Shown: one piece after another, positions 52,579 to 62,617 of the stretch
Numbering within the stretch: the first letter of the stretch is position 1
Layout: every line of letters starts with the position of its first letter
Virus record (IMG/VR): IMGVR_UViG_3300033182_000980
Span: 248,001-312,000 of that record
Strand: one strand, 5' to 3'
Length of the DNA stretch: 64,000 bases
Position numbers and translations under genes: made by a program
The notes under the pieces: model-generated
Told to the model about the DNA's origin: nothing
Database searches by the model: none
The model's input: the letters and a program-made list of their open reading frames with translations, nothing else

Positions 52579-55500
52579 ATGGCTAATCCTACAGAGTTAA
52601 CAAGCATATTTGAGACATTAGTTAAAGAGATCAATGAGGCTGGACAATCCGATTTATTAAAGGGTTCGCTAGGGTCTATTAAAGACTTACAAGCAGTCCT
52701 TAAAGAGCAAGATAAACTCATAGACAAGACTCTTAGGGCGGGTGATCAGCAAGCGGCGATGCGTATTCTTAAAGCCGCAAAACAAGCTCAAGAGGCACAG
52801 GTAGAGGCAACGAACAACCTTAGAGATGCAAAGGAAAAACTGTTAAAGTTAGAGCAAGAGGGCAATACAAAAGGGAGAGATGCACAGCTCAAGGTTATTG
52901 GGAAGATCAACCAAGAAATCAATCGCTTGGCTAGAGAAGCCAAACTCATGCAGAAGAACGCCGCCGAGTTTGGTAAGGGTGCAGAGTATAGTCTCTTGCA
53001 ATACTCAAGGGTCTTGGAAAACCGAGAAGAGCGTATCAAAGAGCTTGGTAAGACTGGTGCTCTTATAGAGGAGAAGTTTGCTAACAGATTTGAAGCATCG
53101 GTTAATGCGTTCACATCGGGGGTGGGTGATCTTGAGAGCTTTGGCGATACCTTTGCAGGAAGCCTCAAATCATTAGGTTCTTATTTACAACAGCGAGCTG
53201 GTAAAGCCGCCGAGAAAGCTCAAGCAGGTCAAGGTAGCTTGGGCTTGGCTAATATGCTCGGTACTTTTTCCAAGATAGCGGCGACAGCGGCGGTAGTAGC
53301 AGGTTCTGTTATGATGCTTGTGAAGCTATTTCAGTTCATTGAGGGTAGTGTTCTTGAAGCAAACAAAAAACTTCTCGCACAGGCTTCTATCGCTGATTTA
53401 TCTGCTGTCGCTTTCGGTTCTACAGCAGATAACTTGAAAGCTATGAGGAAAGAGTTTCAACGAGCTGACTTTGCTAATGAGATGAACATCACACTCGATG
53501 AGGCGTTAGAACTCACAGGTGCTTTTAATCAACTGAACCTTGGCGTTAAACAATTTGGGGGAGGTCTTACAGGTATTCGGAATATGAAGGAGGCCATGAA
53601 AGAAGCAAAAGGGCAAAGTTATGCTTTGGGTATCTCAATGGATGAGGCATCTCAATACATGGCAAAGTTTTCTTTCGATTTAGGGGTGGCCGCTAGTGAT
53701 AGCAACTTTTTGTCTATGATGGCAGATGAGTTTGCTTCTATCAGAGATATGGCAATACAGTCGGGGTATAGCACCGCTAACTTCTTCAAGAAAGTGGAGG
53801 AGCTTGCGGGTAGCTTAGAAAACATGAACTATCGCTCTAGGGAAGCAGGGATCTTGTTTTTAAGGTTCTCTAAAGTATTAGGGAAAAGTGGTCTGGATAA
53901 AGCTCTGCAATCTTTATTTTCGGGGTTTCGGGGTGAGGACTATCTTGAGCAATTAAAGCGTAATATGATCTCGAAATCTGGTGAGTTGCGAAGGGCTACC
54001 GAGGTTGAAGCTGTTAGATTCGCTAATAACTTCCAAAGAATGTTTGGAGGAGATCAAGCACAAGCCGCACTTAGAGAAGCGGGTCTTGATTTAGAGGGTC
54101 TAAACTCACAGCAAATCGTGGCGAAAATAGGTGCTTTAAATGAAGCACAAAGACAAGAAATCATGGGTGTTCTCGTAGACGACTCACGAGTCTCTGGAGA
54201 GATGAGAGATCAACTTTATAGTTTTATGAGACTAGCAAGAGGAACGAACGCTAGAGCGAGCACCGCAGAAAAGATAGCCGCACAGGAAGAGTTTTCAGCA
54301 GGTGGTAATCTGAGGGCTAACTTTGCTCGGATGTCCGCATTTCTCGGAGATAGGAACATTAATGACCTAGGCCAAGCAGGTAGAGCTTCACTACTAGCTC
54401 TACCTGGTGTCACAAAAGAAATGGTTCAACAGTTTGCCCAGCTACAGACTAGTTTTAAAGGGCAATTTGAACGCATAAAAGGGATCGCTAGTGGAGACAT
54501 TGCTGTCCCTGGATCAGCAACCGTTAGGGGTGCGGATGGTGAAGAAAGACCAATGACGAAAGCTGAATATATAGCTTCTCTCAATGCTGGTGTGTCATTA
54601 GATGAGAATGGTCAGCTTGTTATGACAGACACACGAATGGCAATCGGGACTTTTACAGATTTCTTACAGGCGAAGCAGTCTGAATCAGCCGACCCCGAAG
54701 CTCAAGCCGAGAGAGAAAAAACCACGAATGAGTATCTTGCGGAAGGTCGAGAAGCAACGCAGTCGGTTTTTGATGTCTTGAATAACAACATCCAAGCTAT
54801 CTTAAGAGACATAGCTGGTGGCATTATGGAGATGGTCACTTGGCTAACAGGGGGTGAGGAGAGTGAAGAAACTAAAAGGGCGAAGCAACAAGTATTAGAC
54901 CAGTATCAAGGGATGATGGAGGAACTTTTAGCTACCGACAGAGATGACGCTGAAAGACTACGAAACAGGAAAAGGGAACTAGCAGTTGTTGAAGCTAGAA
55001 CAGATCTTTCAGCAGAAGAAAAAGCATCTCAAAGGCAATCACTTACTGCCGACATAGCCGCAATAGAAGCTCGTAGAGTACAAACATCCGAACAGAGAGA
55101 AACAATAAGGGCAAGGCAATCTTTCGTCAGAAGAAATAAGTTTTCAGCCACTTCTGCCGGTGCACTTAACAGAGAGGCTACTCGACAAGGTGTCGAACAA
55201 AATCTTGAAGAGTTCATGCCAGCTAATGTCCGAGCAGTAATGGAAGCAGAGAATAGATTTTTCAACGAGCAGTTACCAGACGGTAGAACTGTTGGTGCTT
55301 TAACAGGACAAACAACTTTTGAAGGATTAAAGGCGTGGTTAAATAACACAGATCCAGGAGTTATTTCTGCATCTGGTATCGGACAGGTAATGAGTAAATT
55401 CGGAATGACTGCGATCAAAGTTCACAGTAAAGCACAAGCAACAGGTGCGTCTGCGTTCTCTGGTGTACGCAGTGAAGTAATCGGTAGCCAACAGACAGCA

Positions 55501-56529
55501 AACAGGCAATATGTCACAGATGCTGAAAGGCGAGCTGGTCATAGAGGTCAACAAGGCGTGGCAAGTTTCGATGCATCAGCGGCCCAAGCGTCTTTTGGTA
55601 CTGTTGATGCTGTTTACTTAGAAATGAATGGGTTAGACTTAGGTAGAACTGGTGGTGATACTCAAGTTAGAGCAAATGAAGGGAACATGAGAAGCAGGAG
55701 AGGGAGAGGTCCAGGGTATCAAGGCATGAGCAGAGCAAAAGCGAGCGGTGGTTCGCAAAATACATCAGCAACAGCCGCCCTTCAAGCCCAAGCACAAGAA
55801 CAAGGTAATGCGTCATTAGAGGCTATTAGAACGGCAGTAGAAACCACAGCCGCAGAGAGAAGAAGACTGTCGGAAGAGGATCAAAAAGCGAGAGCAAAGG
55901 AAGCGATAGATCAGCAAAAGCAGGCTTATTTAGAGGCACTAGATCAACAGTCAGAAGATCAGCTACAGGCTGTCGCTACAGCTTTAGGTGCTCAAGGAAC
56001 TTCTCCAGAACAAATAATGAGTGCATTAGACTCGGCTAGTGAGGCTCAAATGGCAAAACTTAGGGGGTTGAGTGCAACAAATGCGGTTGCTCGTAACCTT
56101 TTAGGTGGAGGTGATGCTCCCTATGTGGAAACGCCATATGTGGAAACGCCAGATCCAGAGACGGACGCAGAGATGGCAGCCGGATTAAATGATCCAGAGC
56201 TAGGAGGCCATGTGGGTATGGATGGTCAACCCATAGAGAAGCTACAGGACTTTTGGATTGATAGGAGTGGTAAGATTTGGAAAATTGACCCTCAAGATAT
56301 GCCCTCGCCTTTAGGACCAGGTGGGTCAATGGCTATGACCAAACCTGGAGGTGCAGTACAAAACTATGTGACAGAAGTTATGAACTCCATTCTTGGACAA
56401 GGCGGTATGGGTGGGGGCTTTAGCATCACAGTTAATGTTAATGGTGCTCAAAGTCCAGCAGAGACGGGTAGGGCAGTCGTACAAGAAATCAGAAGAGCAC
56501 AAGAGAGTCTTACAGGGAGGACTAGATGA
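52579..56529 (+). CDS. Tape measure protein
   Basis: 1316 aa, Ala/Gln-rich helical with a hydrophobic segment and C-terminal ITVNVNG; canonical position. Confidence 0.8.
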   Translation: MANPTELTSIFETLVKEINEAGQSDLLKGSLGSIKDLQAVLKEQDKLIDKTLRAGDQQAAMRILKAAKQAQEAQVEATNNLRDAKEKLLKLEQEGNTKGRDAQLKVIGKINQEINRLAREAKLMQKNAAEFGKGAEYSLLQYSRVLENREERIKELGKTGALIEEKFANRFEASVNAFTSGVGDLESFGDTFAGSLKSLGSYLQQRAGKAAEKAQAGQGSLGLANMLGTFSKIAATAAVVAGSVMMLVKLFQFIEGSVLEANKKLLAQASIADLSAVAFGSTADNLKAMRKEFQRADFANEMNITLDEALELTGAFNQLNLGVKQFGGGLTGIRNMKEAMKEAKGQSYALGISMDEASQYMAKFSFDLGVAASDSNFLSMMADEFASIRDMAIQSGYSTANFFKKVEELAGSLENMNYRSREAGILFLRFSKVLGKSGLDKALQSLFSGFRGEDYLEQLKRNMISKSGELRRATEVEAVRFANNFQRMFGGDQAQAALREAGLDLEGLNSQQIVAKIGALNEAQRQEIMGVLVDDSRVSGEMRDQLYSFMRLARGTNARASTAEKIAAQEEFSAGGNLRANFARMSAFLGDRNINDLGQAGRASLLALPGVTKEMVQQFAQLQTSFKGQFERIKGIASGDIAVPGSATVRGADGEERPMTKAEYIASLNAGVSLDENGQLVMTDTRMAIGTFTDFLQAKQSESADPEAQAEREKTTNEYLAEGREATQSVFDVLNNNIQAILRDIAGGIMEMVTWLTGGEESEETKRAKQQVLDQYQGMMEELLATDRDDAERLRNRKRELAVVEARTDLSAEEKASQRQSLTADIAAIEARRVQTSEQRETIRARQSFVRRNKFSATSAGALNREATRQGVEQNLEEFMPANVRAVMEAENRFFNEQLPDGRTVGALTGQTTFEGLKAWLNNTDPGVISASGIGQVMSKFGMTAIKVHSKAQATGASAFSGVRSEVIGSQQTANRQYVTDAERRAGHRGQQGVASFDASAAQASFGTVDAVYLEMNGLDLGRTGGDTQVRANEGNMRSRRGRGPGYQGMSRAKASGGSQNTSATAALQAQAQEQGNASLEAIRTAVETTAAERRRLSEEDQKARAKEAIDQQKQAYLEALDQQSEDQLQAVATALGAQGTSPEQIMSALDSASEAQMAKLRGLSATNAVARNLLGGGDAPYVETPYVETPDPETDAEMAAGLNDPELGGHVGMDGQPIEKLQDFWIDRSGKIWKIDPQDMPSPLGPGGSMAMTKPGGAVQNYVTEVMNSILGQGGMGGGFSITVNVNGAQSPAETGRAVVQEIRRAQESLTGRTR

Positions 56530-57179
56530 TTAAATCACCAATCCCACATAAAGATATAGCCGACTCTAATCTCGGCATCAGACCATTTGTATTCGATATA
56601 GTCGCTCCCGATGGTGTTACATCTTTACTTCCAGATGATATAAAGATGACCCTACATACGAACCCAAAGAACATCTCATTTTCATACGAGAAGAAGCATG
56701 AGATTTCTCCTACGCTGAGTGGGTGGGTGGAATACTATTGGGGAGATAACCCTACGACCATCTCACTTGAAGCATCTAGTGGAGCTTTCATTCGACCATA
56801 TACAGGTTTAAGTGCAGTAACCGGTCCTGTTACTATCCCGAATGAGTTTAATAACTCGGTGTCAAATGGTGAGGGGCAAGCCAGTACCATTGGGGCAAGT
56901 ATCGGAGGTACAAGACGAGATACGATTACTTATGACAAGTACCTCGATCTACTCGCTCTCTTTCATAACAATGGGTCGGTCTATGATCAGACAGGTAGGG
57001 TAGTCGTACAAGGCAAGATCAAGATGATCTTTGACGGTGGGGTGTGGTTCGGGTGGTTTCAGTCATTCAGCGTGACTGATGACGCAAGCACTCCTTATAG
57101 CTTCAATGTGAGCTTGGCTATGCAAATAGAGAGGGAGTATCATGGGGTAAGAACCCAAATGCCATCAGAAAGGTTTTAG
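56526..57179 (+). CDS. Baseplate/tube-initiator-like protein
   Basis: NPKNISFSY...YWGD...GWFQSFS...PYSF; paralogous to the next gene. Confidence 0.6.
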   Translation: MIKSPIPHKDIADSNLGIRPFVFDIVAPDGVTSLLPDDIKMTLHTNPKNISFSYEKKHEISPTLSGWVEYYWGDNPTTISLEASSGAFIRPYTGLSAVTGPVTIPNEFNNSVSNGEGQASTIGASIGGTRRDTITYDKYLDLLALFHNNGSVYDQTGRVVVQGKIKMIFDGGVWFGWFQSFSVTDDASTPYSFNVSLAMQIEREYHGVRTQMPSERF

Positions 57180-57181
57180 TC

Positions 57182-58279
57182 ATGGCTAAAGCGACAGTAG
57201 ATACAAAACCCTTTGTAGACTTACCAACCACAGAAGAGTTTATTTTATTCCCCGAAGATAATCCAGGGACGATTCCTTTAGAGCATGGACGCTTAGATCA
57301 TTTAAGGTCAATGTCTCCCTTCGTGTTAAGGATCAAGCCCCCTTACATTGGTGAGTACATAAAAAACTCTAGTGGTCGTCCTTTTAGTGGGGTAGCTCGG
57401 TCAAGGGGTAGGATTTCTGCAACACAGAATAAAGAAGTGGCAATGTTCAAGCCTAACTTATCCACTTACGCTTTAAGACCGATAGACGGTGCGAGAAGGG
57501 ATGAGAACAACGAGCTGAGACAAGATGCCGGTATTACAGACCAAGATCAGATTCGTTCAATCATGGCACAGCATAGAAGAATGTTAGATTTGCCTCCTAT
57601 TGTCTTTGCCATCAACCCAACCTCTATACAGTTCAGCTATAACGACAGACAGAGTTATGGAGATGTCACTCGCTATGGTTTTATCTTTCATCGTTGGGGT
57701 GAGGAGCAAACCGAAATCAACATCACTTGTACGATAGGTGCATTTATCGCTGGTCGGGATAAAGTGGAGGTACCAGACTTTGACGGAAACATCCAAGGCA
57801 TATCGGGCTTACAATATGTGAGTCGTAGGGATAGTTTAGCGTTTAGAAATCTAACCTCAATCCTCGCTTTATATCGCAACAGTGCCACCATCGTTGACCT
57901 TCTTGGTAGGTCGAGAGCTTATCATGCTGTGGGTACACAATGTATTCATTATGACGGTCAGACTTGGGAAGGTCGTCTTAAGAGCATGGAGTTTTCTTTA
58001 AGTGAGGATCAACCACATGGGGGGATTGAGTTCAGTTTGAGCTTTACTGTATTCAAGCACACACAAGAGGGATTTGAGTATAAGTCGCAGTTATTCCCTA
58101 TGAAGCCACCTTCAGCGAGTGCCGATCAAGTAGGTAGTATAGATCAGATCCTCAATGATGCAGATAGTATAGGAGACAGTGCAAGCTCGATAGGTAGCTC
58201 AATTTCATCTAGTACATCAGAGGCCCTAAATGCAATAGCCAATAACTTTAGTGGCAATGTTGATCTTGGTGGTTTTTAA
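57182..58279 (+). CDS. Baseplate/tube-initiator-like protein (paralogue)
   Basis: NPTSIQFSY...RWGE...YDGQTWEGRLKSMEFS...EFSLSF. Confidence 0.6.
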   Translation: MAKATVDTKPFVDLPTTEEFILFPEDNPGTIPLEHGRLDHLRSMSPFVLRIKPPYIGEYIKNSSGRPFSGVARSRGRISATQNKEVAMFKPNLSTYALRPIDGARRDENNELRQDAGITDQDQIRSIMAQHRRMLDLPPIVFAINPTSIQFSYNDRQSYGDVTRYGFIFHRWGEEQTEINITCTIGAFIAGRDKVEVPDFDGNIQGISGLQYVSRRDSLAFRNLTSILALYRNSATIVDLLGRSRAYHAVGTQCIHYDGQTWEGRLKSMEFSLSEDQPHGGIEFSLSFTVFKHTQEGFEYKSQLFPMKPPSASADQVGSIDQILNDADSIGDSASSIGSSISSSTSEALNAIANNFSGNVDLGGF

Positions 58280-58288
58280 GGAGTTAAT

Positions 58289-61200
58289 ATGAAAGTAAGT
58301 GATAGACCATATGCAGGAAACTGGTCAGAGGACTTTGTAAATAAGTACCGAAAGACTCGCTCTTGGACTCCTGATGCCATTGTGACTTTTAATGGTGAGA
58401 CTACGCTACCAGGTTGCCCGACTTGTAGGAACAAGATTGATTTCTCTAGGTTCATCACGAGCGTTAATACAAGTGGGGGGGTAGATGGGTCAAATAGTTG
58501 TGATATAAGTTTAAAGATCCCTTGGGCTTATGGAGACTCTGTATATAAAGACGGTAAGTTTATCCTCGTATCCGGTATCGAGGTTTTCGTTTATTATAGG
58601 GGCTTCTTTCAAGTTAAAGACCTTGCCTTAAAAGCAGACAACATCAACCTAGAAAACGGAGAAGTGTTATCTGCACCTGATGCCGAGATCAGACCTTATT
58701 ACCCTGTCTTTCATGGTGTCATATCGGGTGTAGATGTGAGTCTAACAGACGGAGCATATGAGGTGTCTATCTCCACGAGAAATATGCTCTCGTTTTGGGA
58801 TAATCAGCAGATCAATACACAGCAAGGGTACTTTGCCGCTGACCCAACCATGTCTCGTGGTTCAGTTAATCTTAGAGGTCATGTATACACAGGGATGACC
58901 CCACACCAAGTCATCTACGATCTGTTTTTAGATGCAGGAGGTAGTGCCGAGGGTACAGGGTTTGCTTTGTCAAAGAAGTCGAATGTTAAAGCTCGATCAA
59001 GCACAGGACCACAACTTTATTCTTTGATGATTAGGTACTTAGAGCAACGCTTCAAGAATGGTATGTATGGGCTTCGTATGTATGGTGCATCAGGTCGTAT
59101 GTACTCAGCGATAGAAACACAGATTATTGCGAATAAAGCAGTCACCAAGTCTGAAAACTCGGCAGAGTTCAGAGAGGTGGTAACAAGACAGAATAAACCC
59201 TATTCACAGCCTAAATCGAACGAGATTTCTTTTTCTCGATTGGTCAAGGCGGGACTGATCGCTTTTGAACATAACAACGCTACTGGCGGTCGGGTTCAAA
59301 GGACAATGGACGCTAGATTCTTGGGTAAGGTAACCGAGGAGGATAAGACAGGTTTGAGCGTATTTTCACTCAAGCCTTTCGTGCCGGACTTGGGGTCGTT
59401 TGGTCAGATTGAGTTCTTTGAATCTCAGATGGAGACAAAAAAATCCATTGCTGATCGTGTTTGTCAAGCGACAGGATATGAGTTCTATCAAGACATGGAC
59501 GGAGACTTAGTATTCAAACCTCCGATGTATAACATGGACACATCGGGAGATCGAGTTTATAACATCTACCGAGAAGATTGTATCGACATCAGCTTTACTC
59601 ATGCTGAACCCGAAGCAACTTATATCACTATGAAAGGATCTCACTTTAGGAACTTCAATGGTGTAGCACCGACAGGAGAGTGGGGTGTTAAAGGTGTCTA
59701 TGTAGACTATGCTTTGGTCGCTAAATATGGGTGGAAGGGTCAAGACTTCGACTCGTCTTTTTATAGCAATGGAAGGCAAGCCTATTACGCGGCCGCTGTG
59801 GAGCTAGACAAGCAAAATAAGACGACCGAGGGGTGTAGTGTGACCATCCCTCTCCGCCCCGAAATCAAAGCTGGATACCCTGTCTACATTGAGGAGAACG
59901 ACTGCTACTACTATGTGGAATCAGTCAACCATTCATTCAGTTATGGTGGGTCATGTACGACCTCTCTAACCTTAACCTGTCAGCGTAAGAAGTTTATTCC
60001 ACCAGGAGATGCTTCTGTTAAGTATAGAGATGATCCTTCAAAGGCAGTGGACTTAGGTCGTACCGAGTTGCCCGAACGCTATCTTTACAAGAGGTATGAT
60101 CGCACTGATGAGGGTAGTAGACAGATCAACGCTCAAACACAAGACACAGACATTGCGTACAGGAAGATCACAGGATTTCCTAATGTGGTGATGGCATTTG
60201 ACCATCAAAATGTGAGTCCGAATATGTTGTTCTTCACACCCGACTTACAAAACTTGGGGGGTAAGGGTACAAGAGAGCGAGAGCGATATAGAAACATGAT
60301 TATCAATGAGGGGCTTCGTTTAGGTGTCCTCAATGTCGAGAATGGAAATGACCAGCGTAGAGGTCCTTGGTTCTTAATGGTTCCGCAAGCAGATGGGTCT
60401 GCACCGAGAAAAGTAGTGCTTCCTTTGGACGGAACTGACATTGCGGGTACAGATCAGTTAAGGAGAGTTTCAGAACGATCTCGTAGAGATGCTGAACGAG
60501 CGGCGAAGAGAATAGGTAAAGGGGGTCAAGCGGCTGCTGTTGAGAGAGCGAGGAAGAGGGAAGCTGACCGGTTAGACGCATTACAAGGCAACATTCAGAG
60601 AGCTGTTGGCACAGCAGGTGTCTATGAGGGTTCAGAAGAAACCACAGGTTCATCTCCCACAGCTACGATCCTTGACCTCATTTATCTGATTCAATCACAA
60701 AGAGGTCGCAACCCTGGCAACTCACCTTTAACAAACTTAATGTCAGCTTTGACGGATAAGAAATCGAGCTTTGTGCCTAGAGCACAGGGATACTTTAGAT
60801 ACTATTCATCATCACACCCTAGCCCCGAACATCAAGGACCAGATCTCTTTGAATACAATATAGACAGTGAAGGGGATACCCCCGAACTTGTTTTCAACGA
60901 CAATGTACCCGACACAGTTAGGGATAATGTAGTCAAGGCTAAACCAGATGGGGATGGGGATACAGTTATCTTCGGTAATGACGCAGATGATCGTAGTCAG
61001 ATCGTTCGAGGGTTATTGACAAAGACCATGTATTCTAATGGTTTGGAATATGTGCCGACTAAAGACATCACCTCTTTATCTTTTCAAGTCAGTGGTGATT
61101 TTAAAGTCGGCTACTCTTCTGGGCCAATAGTCAAGCTGTCGGAAGTTTGGTATCAACGAAACTATGAACCAGGTACAGAGTTTTGGGAGATGACATACAG

Positions 61201-62617
61201 ATCAGTAAGAAGATCTCTATCTCGTGCGATTGACAAAGCCACACCGTTTGGGACTTTCTTAAACTTTTTCAATAAGGAAGCAGATGGAGCAATCACGCAG
61301 ATCTCAATGCCCCTTATCAAAAAAGACTTCCCACCTGCGACTTGGGCGAGTGAGGAAGCTGAAGCATATTTTAATGATGAGAACAACTATCCTATAACTG
61401 CTGTTGACACTTTAAGTTTTGATGTCAAAAACCTCAAGTATGACCCAGATGGTACTTCTTCTCGGAGGGGGAGAACCATCACTAACAAAAACACAATAGC
61501 GAGTCATGTGGCATCAGTCTTTTTATATGCCCTTTGGAAGAAATCTAAAGAGGTACACCCTTCTGCATACGACACAGAGAAATGGCAGAGGTTAGTAGCA
61601 GATGTATCTCTTGATTCTATAGCAGAGCAAGAATCACTGATAGGCGGTGTAAGGGCATATGTATATGGTTTGGCTGACTCAACAATGGGACTCCCTATTA
61701 GATCCCTCCCAATCTTAAAGAGTCAGACGACCTTCCAAGTAAAAGAGCGAACACAGACAATCACTCCAATCTTCCCTATCTCTGACGCTAAGGGGTATGA
61801 GGTGTTCGGAGCGTATCAATATGGTAGGGGTCTTACACCAGCTAGGGGTACATTATTTGACGCTCTCTTAAGGCAAGACCCTTCTCAGATCTTTACACCA
61901 GAAGATCTTAAGCAAGCGATGGATAATTTAGACGCGGCTAACAACCAAACCGAGTTTCGAGCGAGGTTGAAGCAAATGTATATACGCAGAGTGACGGACA
62001 TGAGTCCAGAAGATCGAGATCGTCTTAGGGTAGGGTTAGGGTTGGACGGTGAGATACGAGACACCGAAGATAATAGAATCGAAGATGAAGTAAGTGCGTT
62101 AGCAAACAGGCTTATGACTCGTAGTGATGAGCAGGTCATCACGAACATTCCTTCATCTCTTGCCGAGATTTATCCAAGCGAAGATGGGAATGAGGTTTGT
62201 GAATGTAGAATACACAGTACAGACGCAATCTTATTGGAGGGGTCATTAGACTTAGACAACTTCTTAGAGATTGAGAATCCAGCACTTAGAGGTATTAGAA
62301 ACATGACCGAGAAGAAGGCAGTTGAATGGAGAGAGCATCAGACAGCTCTGCGTGGCGAAAACCTTACACGACCAGTACCAGGACAAGGGGGCTTTGCCAC
62401 CTCGTCCTCATTTGGGTCGGACTTTGATTTTAACAATCGTGGCAACAATCGTTTGCTGAACTCGTTTACTAGGGTCAATGAAAACAACGAGCTTGAGTTT
62501 GCGAACCCATTTGCAGGGGCTGTCTCAAGTGCGAGTGCAGGGGCTGATCAGTTAAGCGATCAAGCAAGAGCCATCAAAGCGGCTTCCGAACGATTAGGAG
62601 GAGATGATAATGACTGA
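58289..62617 (+). CDS. Baseplate hub protein (gp27/late control D-like) with long C-terminal extension
   Basis: PVFHGVISGV, GYEFYQDMDGDLVFKPP, LRPEIKAGYPVY...YYVESVNHSF...TTSLTL hub-like motifs. Confidence 0.75.
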   Translation: MKVSDRPYAGNWSEDFVNKYRKTRSWTPDAIVTFNGETTLPGCPTCRNKIDFSRFITSVNTSGGVDGSNSCDISLKIPWAYGDSVYKDGKFILVSGIEVFVYYRGFFQVKDLALKADNINLENGEVLSAPDAEIRPYYPVFHGVISGVDVSLTDGAYEVSISTRNMLSFWDNQQINTQQGYFAADPTMSRGSVNLRGHVYTGMTPHQVIYDLFLDAGGSAEGTGFALSKKSNVKARSSTGPQLYSLMIRYLEQRFKNGMYGLRMYGASGRMYSAIETQIIANKAVTKSENSAEFREVVTRQNKPYSQPKSNEISFSRLVKAGLIAFEHNNATGGRVQRTMDARFLGKVTEEDKTGLSVFSLKPFVPDLGSFGQIEFFESQMETKKSIADRVCQATGYEFYQDMDGDLVFKPPMYNMDTSGDRVYNIYREDCIDISFTHAEPEATYITMKGSHFRNFNGVAPTGEWGVKGVYVDYALVAKYGWKGQDFDSSFYSNGRQAYYAAAVELDKQNKTTEGCSVTIPLRPEIKAGYPVYIEENDCYYYVESVNHSFSYGGSCTTSLTLTCQRKKFIPPGDASVKYRDDPSKAVDLGRTELPERYLYKRYDRTDEGSRQINAQTQDTDIAYRKITGFPNVVMAFDHQNVSPNMLFFTPDLQNLGGKGTRERERYRNMIINEGLRLGVLNVENGNDQRRGPWFLMVPQADGSAPRKVVLPLDGTDIAGTDQLRRVSERSRRDAERAAKRIGKGGQAAAVERARKREADRLDALQGNIQRAVGTAGVYEGSEETTGSSPTATILDLIYLIQSQRGRNPGNSPLTNLMSALTDKKSSFVPRAQGYFRYYSSSHPSPEHQGPDLFEYNIDSEGDTPELVFNDNVPDTVRDNVVKAKPDGDGDTVIFGNDADDRSQIVRGLLTKTMYSNGLEYVPTKDITSLSFQVSGDFKVGYSSGPIVKLSEVWYQRNYEPGTEFWEMTYRSVRRSLSRAIDKATPFGTFLNFFNKEADGAITQISMPLIKKDFPPATWASEEAEAYFNDENNYPITAVDTLSFDVKNLKYDPDGTSSRRGRTITNKNTIASHVASVFLYALWKKSKEVHPSAYDTEKWQRLVADVSLDSIAEQESLIGGVRAYVYGLADSTMGLPIRSLPILKSQTTFQVKERTQTITPIFPISDAKGYEVFGAYQYGRGLTPARGTLFDALLRQDPSQIFTPEDLKQAMDNLDAANNQTEFRARLKQMYIRRVTDMSPEDRDRLRVGLGLDGEIRDTEDNRIEDEVSALANRLMTRSDEQVITNIPSSLAEIYPSEDGNEVCECRIHSTDAILLEGSLDLDNFLEIENPALRGIRNMTEKKAVEWREHQTALRGENLTRPVPGQGGFATSSSFGSDFDFNNRGNNRLLNSFTRVNENNELEFANPFAGAVSSASAGADQLSDQARAIKAASERLGGDDND

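Noticed and set aside
56119-56150. 15-bp tandem duplication encoding PYVETPYVETP in the tape measure gene
   Set aside because: Two copies in a low-complexity linker; ordinary slippage.
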